Positions 38,407-48,506 of a stretch of DNA of 64,000 bases are shown piece by piece. Positions within the stretch are counted from its first letter, which is position 1. Each line of letters starts with the position of its first letter. The position numbers and the translations under genes were made by a program. Origin of the DNA: Planctomycetaceae bacterium (lineage in GTDB: Bacteria > Planctomycetota > Planctomycetia > Pirellulales > Pirellulaceae); contig SKKK01000168.1 of the NCBI GenBank assembly GCA_007121535.1, positions 16,956-80,955 of the forward strand, in the 5' to 3' direction. The notes beneath the pieces are model-generated. The model made no database searches. It was not told the origin of the DNA and saw nothing but the letters and a program-made list of their open reading frames with translations.

Positions 38407-40147
38407 TCGCGGCGTTGACCGCTGTTAATTCGGCCTTCAAGTAAGCATCGATCTCGCGAGGCCCCCGCATCGTCAATGCCTGTTCCGCGACGGCCTGGCA
38501 TTGCGGGATCGTCACCTTGCGGCAGATCTGCTTGATCTCCGGAATGCTGCTGGGCGCCACGCTCAAATCGCGTAAGCCAAGCCCCAGCAGCAACATGGTA
38601 TACGTCGGGTCGCTGCACATCTGGCCGCACATGCTGGCCCGGACGTCCGTCCGGTCAGCCGCCTCCAGCGTCCGCTGGATCAGTCGCAGCACCGCAGGAT
38701 CGCTGGCCTGGTACAGATCCTTCACCGCGGGATTCCCCCGGTCGACGGCCAGCGTGTACTGGATCAGGTCGTTCGTGCCGATGCTCAGGAAATCGATTTC
38801 CTCGACGAACCGGTCGATCATCACCGCAGCCGCCGGGGATTCGACCATGATCCCCACGGGGATCTCCCGGTTGTATTCGATTCCTTCCGCCGAAAGTTCG
38901 TCCATCTCCTCGACCAACAACTGTTTGGCACGAAGCAGTTCGTCCATCGTTGAAATCAGCGGGAACATGACCCGGACATCGCCCAGAACGCTGGCTCGCA
39001 GGATGGCTCGCAGTTGCGGGCGAAAGAGCTGCAAGTTGGCCAGCGCCAGGCGGATGCTTCGCAGGCCCAAAAAGGGATTGCGATTCTCTTCCGGATCCTC
39101 TTGAGAAAATCCCAGCTTGTCGCCGCCCAGATCCAGGGTGCGGATCACCACCGGACGTCCCTTCATGGCTTGGACCACCTCGGCATACGCGCGATAATGG
39201 TCCTCCTCAGCCGGCTCGACTTTCGCCGTCAGGTACAAAAATTCGGTGCGGTACAGCCCGATCCCGTCCGCCCCGCGGTCCAAGCAAGCTTCCGATTCAT
39301 AAGGAAACTCGATGTTCGCCAGCATCTTAATCCGCACGCCGTCAAGCGTCTCGGCGGGCACGTCGCGCAAATCCCGCAAGCGCTCGACGGTCGCAAGACG
39401 CCGCTCGACGCGCTGGCGGTATTGTTGCAACGTCGCTTCATCCGGCCGCAGAATCAGCATGCCCTGGTCGCCATCGACGATCACCGTGTCGCCACTGGAT
39501 ACATCGGACAGAAACCGGCCCAAGCCGACGACCGCTGGGATTTCCATCCCCTGAGCTACGATGGCCGTGTGGCCGCCGGCGCCGCCGATTTCGGTGGCAA
39601 AGCCCAGTACGAAGCGACGGTTCAGGTGCACCGTTTCGCCGGGCGTCAGATTATGAGCCAGAACGACAACCTGCGTGTCCAGCCGGTCGAGATCCTCGCG
39701 CTGGCGACCGGTCAGGGTCTGCAGCAGACGACGTTCCAAGTCGTAGATGTCATGCACCCGCTCGGCCAGATAAGCATTGTCCATGTTCAGGAAGTGATCG
39801 GCGTACCCCCTGAGCGTGCGGCTTACAGCATACTCGGCAGAATAAAAGTCCTCGCGGATCTTCTTTTCCACGTCCTCGCGAAGCCGTGGGTCGGCCAACA
39901 AAGAAATGTGGGCGGCGAAGATGGCGCCATAACGCTCGCCCAACTGCTGGGTGACCGCATCACGACTGGCACGAATCGCGACCCCCACCTCGTCCAAGGC
40001 ATTCACGAAGCGTCGCACCTCGCCGTCCGTCGCAGTCGCCGTCGGCACAATCAAATGATGAGGGAAACGAAATCCCTCGTTGTCGATAATCAGCGATTCA
40101 CCGATCGCCAACCCGGGCGAAACCGCGATTCCTTGAATTTGTTGCAT
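38390..40147 (-). CDS. ptsI: phosphoenolpyruvate-protein phosphotransferase (PTS enzyme I)
   Basis: GGAGGHTAIVAQGMEIPAVVG (phospho-His region), LYRTEFLYL, SIGTNDLIQYTLAVDR. Confidence 0.95.
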   Translation of the reverse strand: MQQIQGIAVSPGLAIGESLIIDNEGFRFPHHLIVPTATATDGEVRRFVNALDEVGVAIRASRDAVTQQLGERYGAIFAAHISLLADPRLREDVEKKIREDFYSAEYAVSRTLRGYADHFLNMDNAYLAERVHDIYDLERRLLQTLTGRQREDLDRLDTQVVVLAHNLTPGETVHLNRRFVLGFATEIGGAGGHTAIVAQGMEIPAVVGLGRFLSDVSSGDTVIVDGDQGMLILRPDEATLQQYRQRVERRLATVERLRDLRDVPAETLDGVRIKMLANIEFPYESEACLDRGADGIGLYRTEFLYLTAKVEPAEEDHYRAYAEVVQAMKGRPVVIRTLDLGGDKLGFSQEDPEENRNPFLGLRSIRLALANLQLFRPQLRAILRASVLGDVRVMFPLISTMDELLRAKQLLVEEMDELSAEGIEYNREIPVGIMVESPAAAVMIDRFVEEIDFLSIGTNDLIQYTLAVDRGNPAVKDLYQASDPAVLRLIQRTLEAADRTDVRASMCGQMCSDPTYTMLLLGLGLRDLSVAPSSIPEIKQICRKVTIPQCQAVAEQALTMRGPREIDAYLKAELTAVNAASDRGS

Positions 40148-40278
40148 GAGGTTCCTCGGCCAGCCGTCACGTCACCCGCGGTTCGTCGCCAGCGCCGGGC
40201 TCGACATCACCGGACCGCAACGGACGACGAGCCCTTCCGCTCGCACTGGCCGCACTGTGTGTGCGTTGTATTGTATTG

Positions 40279-40584
40279 TTATGGATTGGGAGAGCTTTTC
40301 CCGCTCTCGTCGTAGGCGTTCACCTGCTCCATCAGACTCACCAAGGCCTCGATCGCATCTTCCGCGTCGCCACCCTGTGCCTCGATTGTCAATACGGTGC
40401 CTTCTTCAGCAGCTAACATCAACAGATCCAATATGCTCTTACCATTGACCCGCTGACCCTGCTTCACGACATTGATCACCGATTCGAACTGGCTGGCACG
40501 TCGCGCGAAAGCGTCCGCAGGCCGTGCGTGCAATCCGTGGGGATTGACCACAGTGACTTCCCTGGATACGACTCGATTCCACAT
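40279..40584 (-). CDS. ptsH: HPr family phosphocarrier protein
   Basis: VTVVNPHGLHARPA...VNGKSILDLLMLAA. Confidence 0.9.
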   Translation of the reverse strand: MWNRVVSREVTVVNPHGLHARPADAFARRASQFESVINVVKQGQRVNGKSILDLLMLAAEEGTVLTIEAQGGDAEDAIEALVSLMEQVNAYDESGKSSPNP

Positions 40585-40653
40585 CGAATGCCCAGCTCGC
40601 TAAAATGGTGACCACCCGCATCACGGGCTTCACTACATTTGATCGTTCGTCTT

Positions 40654-41142
40654 TTAACTCTTTTTGTCTGACTTTCGGTCGTTATCTGCTTCCTCCAGCA
40701 ATTGCCGGATGTCTTCCGGCGTTTGCGCTTGCTTCAAGAACCGACAGAAGGTGTCATCCCGCAATTGCCTGGAGATGCTCTCCAATGCCCGCAGATGATT
40801 CGTCGGCCGATCGGGTGGGGAAACCAGCAAAAAGAAAATGAACACCTTTTCGCCATCCAAGCTGCTGAACTCGACCCCCACACGGCTGATTCCGACGGTT
40901 CCGATCAGACGATTGACATTCGCGTGCTTGGTGTGGGGAACTGCGACCCCCCGGCCTATTCCCGTGCTCCCCAGTTCTTCACGCTTCATCACCGCCTCGA
41001 CGATGCTCATCTTGTCCTGCGGCTGAATCCCACCAGACTGCACCAATGCTTCCACCAGTTCCTCGATCACTGTCTCCTTGTCCAACGCCTTCAGGTCTGC
41101 CCTGATGGCGCCTACTTCAATGAAGTCCGAAAAATTCATCAT
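40654..41142 (-). CDS. ptsN: PTS IIA-like nitrogen regulatory protein PtsN
   Basis: ...REELGSTGIGRGVAVPHTKH... is the EIIA-Ntr active-site His context. Confidence 0.9.
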   Translation of the reverse strand: MMNFSDFIEVGAIRADLKALDKETVIEELVEALVQSGGIQPQDKMSIVEAVMKREELGSTGIGRGVAVPHTKHANVNRLIGTVGISRVGVEFSSLDGEKVFIFFLLVSPPDRPTNHLRALESISRQLRDDTFCRFLKQAQTPEDIRQLLEEADNDRKSDKKS

Positions 41143-41232
41143 CCAAGTCCTCTCTAAATGTTGAATCGCAGCCAGGACCCGCCTCGATCATGCTCGCCTA
41201 CCGGAAGCCACCTCGAACGGCCATACCGGATA

Positions 41233-41583
41233 TCACTGCAGGTCGATCTGTTGATCTTCCGGGACTTCAACGCGTCCTAGCCCTTGCGACCGACGGTCGC
41301 GACGTTTGTCCTTGTGTTTGCGCAACTGTTGTTCAATTTTATGGATGGCGCCGTCCAACGCCGCCATGACGCTGGCGGCAACTTCCGAAGAGACGAAATT
41401 ATCGTTTCGCTCGACCGACACTCGCAACTCGACCTGCCTCGATTCCTGATGTTCCAGGTCCACCGTCGCTTCGATCGCAGAAATGCGATCATAAAGACGA
41501 CGCAATTTTTCCAGTTTGTCGCGAATCTTATCCTGGGTTTCAGTGCTGAGGTGACCGTGCCGTGCCGAGATGTTGATTTGCAC
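41233..41583 (-). CDS. hpf: ribosome hibernation-promoting factor
   Basis: VQINISARHGHLSTETQDKIRDKLEKLRRLYDRI. GTG 41583 is preceded by an AAGGAGAG RBS. Confidence 0.9.
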   Translation of the reverse strand: MQINISARHGHLSTETQDKIRDKLEKLRRLYDRISAIEATVDLEHQESRQVELRVSVERNDNFVSSEVAASVMAALDGAIHKIEQQLRKHKDKRRDRRSQGLGRVEVPEDQQIDLQ

Positions 41584-41839
41584 CGCAGTTCTCTCCTTAA
41601 CTAAACGGATGTCTGAATGACTTGCTTTCATTTTGGATCGACAAGATGCGACCAAAATCATTTTACAGCCCTTGCCGATCGGGCACAAATCCAATTCGCA
41701 CTGTCCCCCATGAGCAAGCGAAACGCCTCAGTCTATTCACTGATCGGCGGGGCAGAAAGGGGGCGACGAGTTCCGAGGAAGGCGTTTTTGCGAACGCGTT
41801 TTCCTGGCGTCAGCTTGGAGTCGCCCCAAAGACCATCGA

Positions 41840-44122
41840 TTACCACTCTTCCGAGGTGGCCGTGGGGGGTATATCAAACATGATGGTGCGATTGTCCAAT
41901 CGCTCACGCCAGCCACGCACGCGAGATCTCCTTAAATCTTCGGATGCCTCGGGGCGATAAAGGAGTGTCATTCCTGTGATGCGGCGAAGGTTTTCGAATG
42001 CCAAAACTCGCACGCACAATGGGTGGTGTTCAAGCAGCTCCACCAGCGTTTCATCGGCGCCCTCGACAAGCTGCTGCTGACTGAAACCGAACAGCAGCGG
42101 ATAAGCTTGTTCGGCCGCATTGGGGAAGAGGCGTTCGAATTTTTCGCGCACGGCTGCCGCTGTCTCGGGGCTGCGAGCGATCGCCGAGCGAAGCGCCTCG
42201 AAGGAACCACTCCAATGCGCCCGCTGCCGCTGGTCGTCCAACTCGGCGACCAAGGCCTCGTGGCTGTCCAACTGAGACAGCGAGACGGCTGCCAATGCTC
42301 GAATCTCCGTGCGACGGTCCTGAGTCCGTTCGCGTAACGAAAGCGTGACCGGCCGATCGGCTACCAGAACGTTTGCCAGAATCGCCGAGGCACTGCGATC
42401 AATCTCCCGCAAGTCGTCCCCGAGAATCCAAGCCGGCAACTCGCCTGCTGAAATGGTCTCGGCACTGTCATCCACCAGCACGCGGACTTGGCCATCGGCT
42501 ACCGGCACCGGTGAAGCTTGGGGATCATCTTGCCACTCGATCCGACCGATCACTGAAAAAACTCGGATGACTCGCTGCGTGGGATCGACTTCGGGATCGG
42601 CGCCCAAAGGCAGAAAACTTCGCGTTTCCACAGCAATCTCCGAAGCGGCATCCAAGAAGGTCACGACACAGGATCGATCCCCCAATGTCAGCCGCATCCT
42701 TGCGCCGGGAACCCCTGCCGTGGAAAGAAAAACGCGACCGTAATCCATGGTCAGCGTCGGATCTCCTTCCGATGTGGGAGCCGTCAAATGCACCGAGGAA
42801 GCTCCAGCAAATGTCGCCTGGACGCCGGGAGCAAGAACGATCTCTGGCTGGAAGCTGGGAAGGATGCGTAAATGGTCGCCAGAAAACAGCTTGGAACGAG
42901 CCGGCAAGCGGTACCACTCCTGAGTTCCCGGATCGATGCGCACGGGAAAATGCTGGTCCTTCATCTTCACAAAACCGACTTCCACAGGTTCCCCAACTTC
43001 TTCGTCCGGCACTGCTGGAACGGACTCGGCCAGGTCGGGTTGCTCAGCCGGTGGTTCGTCGAGTGTCGTATCGTCTTCCGCGTCGTAGGGGACGGGAGTC
43101 GTCGCAGGGAATTCTGGCGTTTCATCGACGGGATCATCCATCGGACCGCTGGGATCGGGGGCCTGACCCGGGATGGCAGGTTCCCGTTCGTCGATAATAT
43201 GCGGTTCGCGCGTCACGTCGGCATCACTGCTGTCGTCAGGTTGCCGAGCGTCCGGGTCTGCAATCGCAGGCTCATCTGTCCGATCGTCAGGATGCAAATC
43301 CGGCGACGGAGTCTCCTCGGAATCCCGTGGCAGCGGATCTTCGTCGACGACCGTCCGATCAGAACGGTCCACCTGGGCAACCGGCGCTGGCCCACCGCCG
43401 GCGAAACGCAACAACGGGTGACTGCGATCGAACGGCCCCATCGCTCGGAGTGCGACGGCGGACAGCAGGAACGCTAAACATAAGGTGATTAACAACGGTT
43501 TCCAGTTCGAACGCTGGCCGGCTCGCAAATAGTCGGGTACCTTCTTCCTTTCGACATGAATGCCCGGTATTTTCCGGCGACCCGTCGAGCCGGTTGTGGG
43601 GGGAGGGACAGGGGATACAGCCGATTCGTCCATGTCTTCCAACGCTGCGCCAACGTTGCCTGAAGGGCCGTCGGGAACCATCTGGCCGCTGTCAACCACG
43701 GCCTGCTGGCCACCCACTGCCCCGGTTCGATCGGCGTCAGGCGAACCGAGTCGACAAATGCGTTCTCTCAAGCCAGGGTCGACATGAGCCCTCTCGCCCA
43801 GCACGATCGCCAGGATCTGATGACACGATGCGACCTCCGCCAAGTGCACGTCTGATTCCAGGCAGATTCGCTCCAAGTCTGGCACGCGTTCCGGCGGCAG
43901 CGTGCTGTCCAGATACTCCGCCACGGTGTTCGGATCCAACCCGATCCCCTTGCCCATCACCGAAGGTGCGCCCAGTCGCGTTCGTCCGCTGGCGCTCTGG
44001 ATGCGTTGCACCAGCCCCTTTGCAAAATCACTGTCCTCGATCTTCTGCCGAAGCTCAGCGGAATCCTTTTCGTCCAGAATGTTGTCCAAATAAGCCAATA
44101 AAGTTCGTAGTGTCAGTCGCAT
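41840..44122 (-). CDS. large hypothetical membrane-anchored protein
   Basis: 760-aa ORF. N-terminus MRLTLRTLLAYLDNILDEKDSAELRQKIEDS..., one TM helix (WKPLLITLCLAFLLSAVAL) and an acidic/Pro-rich linker. No enzymatic motif recognised. Confidence 0.75.
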   Translation of the reverse strand: MRLTLRTLLAYLDNILDEKDSAELRQKIEDSDFAKGLVQRIQSASGRTRLGAPSVMGKGIGLDPNTVAEYLDSTLPPERVPDLERICLESDVHLAEVASCHQILAIVLGERAHVDPGLRERICRLGSPDADRTGAVGGQQAVVDSGQMVPDGPSGNVGAALEDMDESAVSPVPPPTTGSTGRRKIPGIHVERKKVPDYLRAGQRSNWKPLLITLCLAFLLSAVALRAMGPFDRSHPLLRFAGGGPAPVAQVDRSDRTVVDEDPLPRDSEETPSPDLHPDDRTDEPAIADPDARQPDDSSDADVTREPHIIDEREPAIPGQAPDPSGPMDDPVDETPEFPATTPVPYDAEDDTTLDEPPAEQPDLAESVPAVPDEEVGEPVEVGFVKMKDQHFPVRIDPGTQEWYRLPARSKLFSGDHLRILPSFQPEIVLAPGVQATFAGASSVHLTAPTSEGDPTLTMDYGRVFLSTAGVPGARMRLTLGDRSCVVTFLDAASEIAVETRSFLPLGADPEVDPTQRVIRVFSVIGRIEWQDDPQASPVPVADGQVRVLVDDSAETISAGELPAWILGDDLREIDRSASAILANVLVADRPVTLSLRERTQDRRTEIRALAAVSLSQLDSHEALVAELDDQRQRAHWSGSFEALRSAIARSPETAAAVREKFERLFPNAAEQAYPLLFGFSQQQLVEGADETLVELLEHHPLCVRVLAFENLRRITGMTLLYRPEASEDLRRSRVRGWRERLDNRTIMFDIPPTATSEEW

Positions 44123-44236
44123 CGGTTTCTTCCTCCTCGTTACCTACATTTGTGCGACACTGGGCGGAAAACCGTACAAATATTTCCGTCAGAATCCAAA
44201 AAACAGTCGATTCGGGGAAAGTCATGGGGGGTTGGA

Positions 44237-44935
44237 ATGTCGCCTGTCGGGTTTGACCTGTTGTACGAAAATGGCCCCTGTCTGGTGGTCAACAAACCGG
44301 GCGGACTGTTGACGCAAGGACCGCCGGGCATCGACAGTCTCGAGCTGCGTGTGAAGCAGTTTGTAAAGGAGCGTGACAATAAGAGCGGAAAAACCTATCT
44401 GAGCGTCCTGCACCGCCTGGACAGGCCCGTCTCCGGAGCACTGATCCTTTGCAAGAACGTGCGCGCCGCGCGGCGCGTCGCGGACCAGTTTCAACGGCGC
44501 GAAATCGAAAAGGTCTATTGGGCCCTGGTGGAGGGCCGAGTGGCTGATGATTCGGGAACTTGGACCGATTTCATGCGAAAAATCCCGGATGTGGCCAAGG
44601 CCGAGCGGGTCGATCCCGACCATCCGGGTGCCAAGAAAGGGGTGCTGCACTTTCGACGCGTGGCCGAAATGCCCGACCGTTCGTTGCTGGAGATTCGACT
44701 GGAAACCGGTCGCATGCACCAAATACGGCTACAAGCGGCTGGCCGTGGCCACGCAATCCTGGGCGATTTTCTGTACGGCAGCACGGCTTTGTTTGGCCCA
44801 GCCACAGACGATCCGCGAGGTCGTTGGATCGCCTTGCACGCGAAAAGCTTGCGGTTTCAACACCCGATGACTCGTGATGAAGTCACCATCGAGGCTCCAC
44901 TTCCGCGACCATGGTGGCCAGAAAAAAGGTTCTAA
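44237..44935 (+). CDS. RluA family pseudouridine synthase
   Basis: LVVNKPGGLL...HRLDRPVSGALIL...GRMHQIRLQAA. Confidence 0.9.
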   Translation: MSPVGFDLLYENGPCLVVNKPGGLLTQGPPGIDSLELRVKQFVKERDNKSGKTYLSVLHRLDRPVSGALILCKNVRAARRVADQFQRREIEKVYWALVEGRVADDSGTWTDFMRKIPDVAKAERVDPDHPGAKKGVLHFRRVAEMPDRSLLEIRLETGRMHQIRLQAAGRGHAILGDFLYGSTALFGPATDDPRGRWIALHAKSLRFQHPMTRDEVTIEAPLPRPWWPEKRF

Positions 44936-45121
44936 TGGTTGAATTCAATGTAACCATTCATGCCTATTTTGCGAGAACAGTCGAAACCAGCAACGTTTTG
45001 CCGGGTTGTAAAAGGGGTTAGAAAGAGGCTAGAATTGAAAGGGTAACCGCAGACATTGAACCCCTCTGTTGCAATCGCAGGGGTGCCCGCCTTCCATCAA
45101 TGTTCACTTCGAAGGAACATC

Positions 45122-46876
45122 ATGATTGTTAAATCCCAGCAGGAAACGGCCGCCGATCCCGCGGCAAAGCATCAGACGCCAAGCCCCGCCGATTCAAATC
45201 CGTACGACCTCGAGGAATTTCCCGAGGATGGATATGGATATGGCCGACGCAGGCGGATTCCGTGGAAATGGCTGTTCGTCGCCTTCGTCCTGGTCGTTGC
45301 CGTTGGATTAGCAGGCCCCCTGAATCGCCTTCGCAGTCATTTCAGTCGCGCCTCGCATGACTTGGTGCTTTATACAGTCGAGCGCGGGGATCTGCCCATC
45401 GTCGTCACCGAACGGGGCAATCTGGAGAGCCAAGTCAACATCGAGATCCTATGCGAGGTAGATGAAATTCGGTCCTCTGGCGTGTCAGGCACCCCCATCG
45501 TCTGGCTAATTCCCAATGGAACCTCGGTCAAGGCAGGTGAACTTTTGGTCGAGTTGGATTCGGCGGCGCACCAGGAACGACTTGATCAGCAGATCCTGGA
45601 AACCGATCGGGCTCGGGCCAATCAGATCCAGGCTCAGGCAAAGCATGAGAATCAGATCTCTCAAAACGAAACCAGCTTGGCCGACGCCGAATTGGACGTG
45701 CGGCTGGCCGAACTAGAAGTCGAGATGTTCACGGACGAACAGAGCGGAACGCGGCGCTTGGAGATCGATGCGATCGAACGGTTGATCGACGACGTGAACA
45801 ACGACATCCGCTCGGCTCAGGCGAATCTGATGCTGCGCGAGAACGAAAAACGAGGCATCGAAACCCTGTTCAAGTTGGGATACGCCAACAAGAGCGAACT
45901 GGATCGTATCAGTTACGATTATTTGCGAGCCGAAAACGAGTTCGCCACCCGGGTGAATCGCTTGAAGACTCAAATGGCCTCGCTGACGAAATTGCAGACT
46001 TACGATTTGAACATGCAGTCGCTGCAATTGCACGGTCGACTGGAGACCGCTCGTCGTCGCCTGGAGCAGGTTCGAAGGAACAACGAAGCATTGACCGCTC
46101 AATCTCAGGCTGCGCTGGATGCCGCCAATCAGGCACTGGATAAGGAAGAAGAGCGGCTGGAGCGTTACCGGGATCAGTTGGAAAAGTGCCGAATCTACGC
46201 GCCCCAGGATGGCATGGTGGCCTATGCCGTTTCGGCGAGCCGATGGAACCGCGTGGAAATCCGCGAAGGCGCTACCGTGCGGCAGCGTCAGCACTTGCTT
46301 TCGCTGCCCAATCTGAATCAGATGCAGGTGAAAACGGCGGTCCACGAATCCGTTGTGGATCAGATCGAACCGGGATTGTCAGCGACGGTCCGTTTGGATG
46401 CCTTTGCTGACCGGACGTACCGTGGTTCGGTCCGCTCGGTCGCTGTATTGCCGGATCCGGGAGGATTTCTCGGCAGCGACACCAAAGTGTACGAGACGGT
46501 GGTCACCATCGATGAAGAGGTTCAACAGTTGAAGCCCGGCATGACGGCCGTCGTCGAAATCCACGTCGATCGGCTCCGAGACGTGATCAGCATCCCCGTC
46601 CAGGCGGTCGTTCAAATCGAAAACGAGACGTGGGGTTACGTGGAGCAGAACGGGCTGCCGATGCGTCGACCTTTTCGATTGGGCCGAAGCAACGAGAAGT
46701 TCGTGGAAATCGTCGAGGGGCTGGAAGTGGGCGAACGCGTGGTGCTCAATCCAATGGCCATCTTTGACGAAACCAGGCATCGCAGGGATCGAAGCGATGA
46801 AGGGTTGGATGAAGCCCCCGTCGAGGATTCCGGGGCTCCGATGGCCGATGATCCCACGCCTGTTTCAGCAGAGTAG
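45122..46876 (+). CDS. HlyD/MacA-type efflux periplasmic adaptor
   Basis: TM anchor, long coiled-coil region (…LDQQILETDRARANQIQAQ…) and barrel-sandwich motifs (IYAPQDGMV, LKPGMTAVVEI). Confidence 0.85.
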   Translation: MIVKSQQETAADPAAKHQTPSPADSNPYDLEEFPEDGYGYGRRRRIPWKWLFVAFVLVVAVGLAGPLNRLRSHFSRASHDLVLYTVERGDLPIVVTERGNLESQVNIEILCEVDEIRSSGVSGTPIVWLIPNGTSVKAGELLVELDSAAHQERLDQQILETDRARANQIQAQAKHENQISQNETSLADAELDVRLAELEVEMFTDEQSGTRRLEIDAIERLIDDVNNDIRSAQANLMLRENEKRGIETLFKLGYANKSELDRISYDYLRAENEFATRVNRLKTQMASLTKLQTYDLNMQSLQLHGRLETARRRLEQVRRNNEALTAQSQAALDAANQALDKEEERLERYRDQLEKCRIYAPQDGMVAYAVSASRWNRVEIREGATVRQRQHLLSLPNLNQMQVKTAVHESVVDQIEPGLSATVRLDAFADRTYRGSVRSVAVLPDPGGFLGSDTKVYETVVTIDEEVQQLKPGMTAVVEIHVDRLRDVISIPVQAVVQIENETWGYVEQNGLPMRRPFRLGRSNEKFVEIVEGLEVGERVVLNPMAIFDETRHRRDRSDEGLDEAPVEDSGAPMADDPTPVSAE

Positions 46877-46907
46877 ATGACAGCCATCCCGAAGGACGCC
46901 TTGAACG

Positions 46908-48203
46908 ATGTGGCTTAAGATCTTTCAGCTTTCCGTGCGAAACCTGATGCTGAACAAGCTGCGCAGTCTCCTGACGATGCTGGGCACGATTCTGGGAGTC
47001 AGTTCGGTGATCGCCATGTTGGCGATCGGCGAGGGCTCGAAACGTCATGCGGTCGAGCAGATTCGACAGTTGGGCGCCACCAACGTGATCGTTCGTAGCG
47101 TCAAGCCGGGGCAAGACGATGCGGGCGATGCCTCGACGGGCAACTCGTCGCAATCGCAGACCAGTCGCGTGCTGGAATACGGTCTGCGATACGACGACCT
47201 CGAACGCCTGCAAGCGACCTTGCCCACCGTTCGTCGGGCCGTGCCCACGATCCTGCTGCGCAAAGACGCTCAACATGGCAGGTACCGAGTCAGTAACGCC
47301 CGCGTGCTTGGCACAACTCCGGAATACCAGCTTGTCAAGAACGTGCCGTTGCGTCGTGGACGGTTCCTGGTCGATCTGGACATGGATACGATGGCAAATG
47401 TCGCTGTGCTGGGCGCCGGCGCCGCACAACGGCTGTTCAGCTTCGAAGATCCGCTGAACAAGACCGTACTGCTTGGATCGGGCGCCTACCGCGTGGTCGG
47501 CATTCTGGATACGCAGGACAGCGGCTCGGCCCGCCCCGGCGCCATCGGGGGCGCGGATTTCAACAACGACATCTACGTGCCGCTGACCGCTGCTCGCAGC
47601 CGCTTCGGCGAACTGCAAACGATCCTTCGCGCCGGCAGCCGTGAAATCGAACGGGTGCAATTGAGTGAGATCACGCTGACCGTTCACGACGAAACGCTGG
47701 TCAGCCAGACGGCGGCGATGGCTGGTGCGATCCTCCGTCGCACCCACCCGACCGGCGACGATTACGAGATCCATGTCCCGCTGGAACTGCTGCAGCAGGC
47801 CGAACGAGAGAAGCGGATCTGGAATCTGGTCCTGGGCTCGATCGCGGGCATCTCGCTGCTGGTCGGCGGGATCGGCATCATGAATATCATGCTGGCGACC
47901 GTTTCGGAACGGACGCGGGAGATCGGGATTCGCCGAGCTTTGGGAGCGACCCGCACTCACATCGTGGCACAATTCCTGGTGGAAAGCACCGTGCTTTCGG
48001 CAACCGGCGGTTTGTTGGGCATCTTTCTGGGCATCGCGATCCCGATCGCGGTGACTTCGATGAGCGAGATCGAGACGGCGATCAGTGTGCTGGCGATCAT
48101 GGTGGCCTTCCTGACTTCGGTGGGCATCGGCATGATCTTTGGCGTCTATCCAGCTCGGCGAGCCGCATTGATGGACCCCATCGAAGCCCTCCGTCACGAA
48201 TGA
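46908..48203 (+). CDS. MacB-like ABC transporter permease (MacB_PCD + FtsX)
   Basis: LMLNKLRSLLTMLGTILGVSSVIAMLAIGEG...GGIGIMNIMLATVSERTREIGIRRALGAT. No ATPase domain is present in this ORF. Confidence 0.9.
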   Translation: MWLKIFQLSVRNLMLNKLRSLLTMLGTILGVSSVIAMLAIGEGSKRHAVEQIRQLGATNVIVRSVKPGQDDAGDASTGNSSQSQTSRVLEYGLRYDDLERLQATLPTVRRAVPTILLRKDAQHGRYRVSNARVLGTTPEYQLVKNVPLRRGRFLVDLDMDTMANVAVLGAGAAQRLFSFEDPLNKTVLLGSGAYRVVGILDTQDSGSARPGAIGGADFNNDIYVPLTAARSRFGELQTILRAGSREIERVQLSEITLTVHDETLVSQTAAMAGAILRRTHPTGDDYEIHVPLELLQQAEREKRIWNLVLGSIAGISLLVGGIGIMNIMLATVSERTREIGIRRALGATRTHIVAQFLVESTVLSATGGLLGIFLGIAIPIAVTSMSEIETAISVLAIMVAFLTSVGIGMIFGVYPARRAALMDPIEALRHE

Positions 48204-48227
48204 CAACGCCGTGAAGGGGTTTCGTAG

Positions 48228-48318
48228 CCGAATTCTCCAGAATTCGGTTATTCATGAACCTTCCGAATTCTGGCGAATTCAGCTACCCTCTGTTCCGAAT
48301 TCTGGCGAATTCGGCTAC
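48228..48318. repeat. BIME/REP-like cluster (units 48228-48247, 48263-48286, 48295-48318)
   Basis: Same GAATTC palindromes as 3645-3760. The leader GCCGTGAAGGGGTTTCGTAGCCGAATTCTCCAGAATTCGG also parallels 3680-3720. Confidence 0.85.
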
Positions 48319-48506
48319 GCTCTGCTTGCCTGCGTCTTTTCTTTCTTGCGAGTCGCCTTACCAGAGACGTTATGGGGGCATGTCATACTAAGCTTTCCGA
48401 GCCCACTTGCCAGCCGTTGCCGATTGGACCACAATTCACGCGGTCGATCACCGTTTTCAATTCATGACGCTTGGCGTCTTGGTTTCGGCTCGCTTGGGGT
48501 GCATTC

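Noticed and set aside
39014-40315. 433-aa plus-strand ORF
   Set aside because: Antisense to ptsI, which has unambiguous enzyme I motifs. No domain signature.
46746-48206. 486-aa minus-strand ORF
   Set aside because: Antisense to the MacB-like permease, whose FtsX/MacB_PCD motifs are clear.
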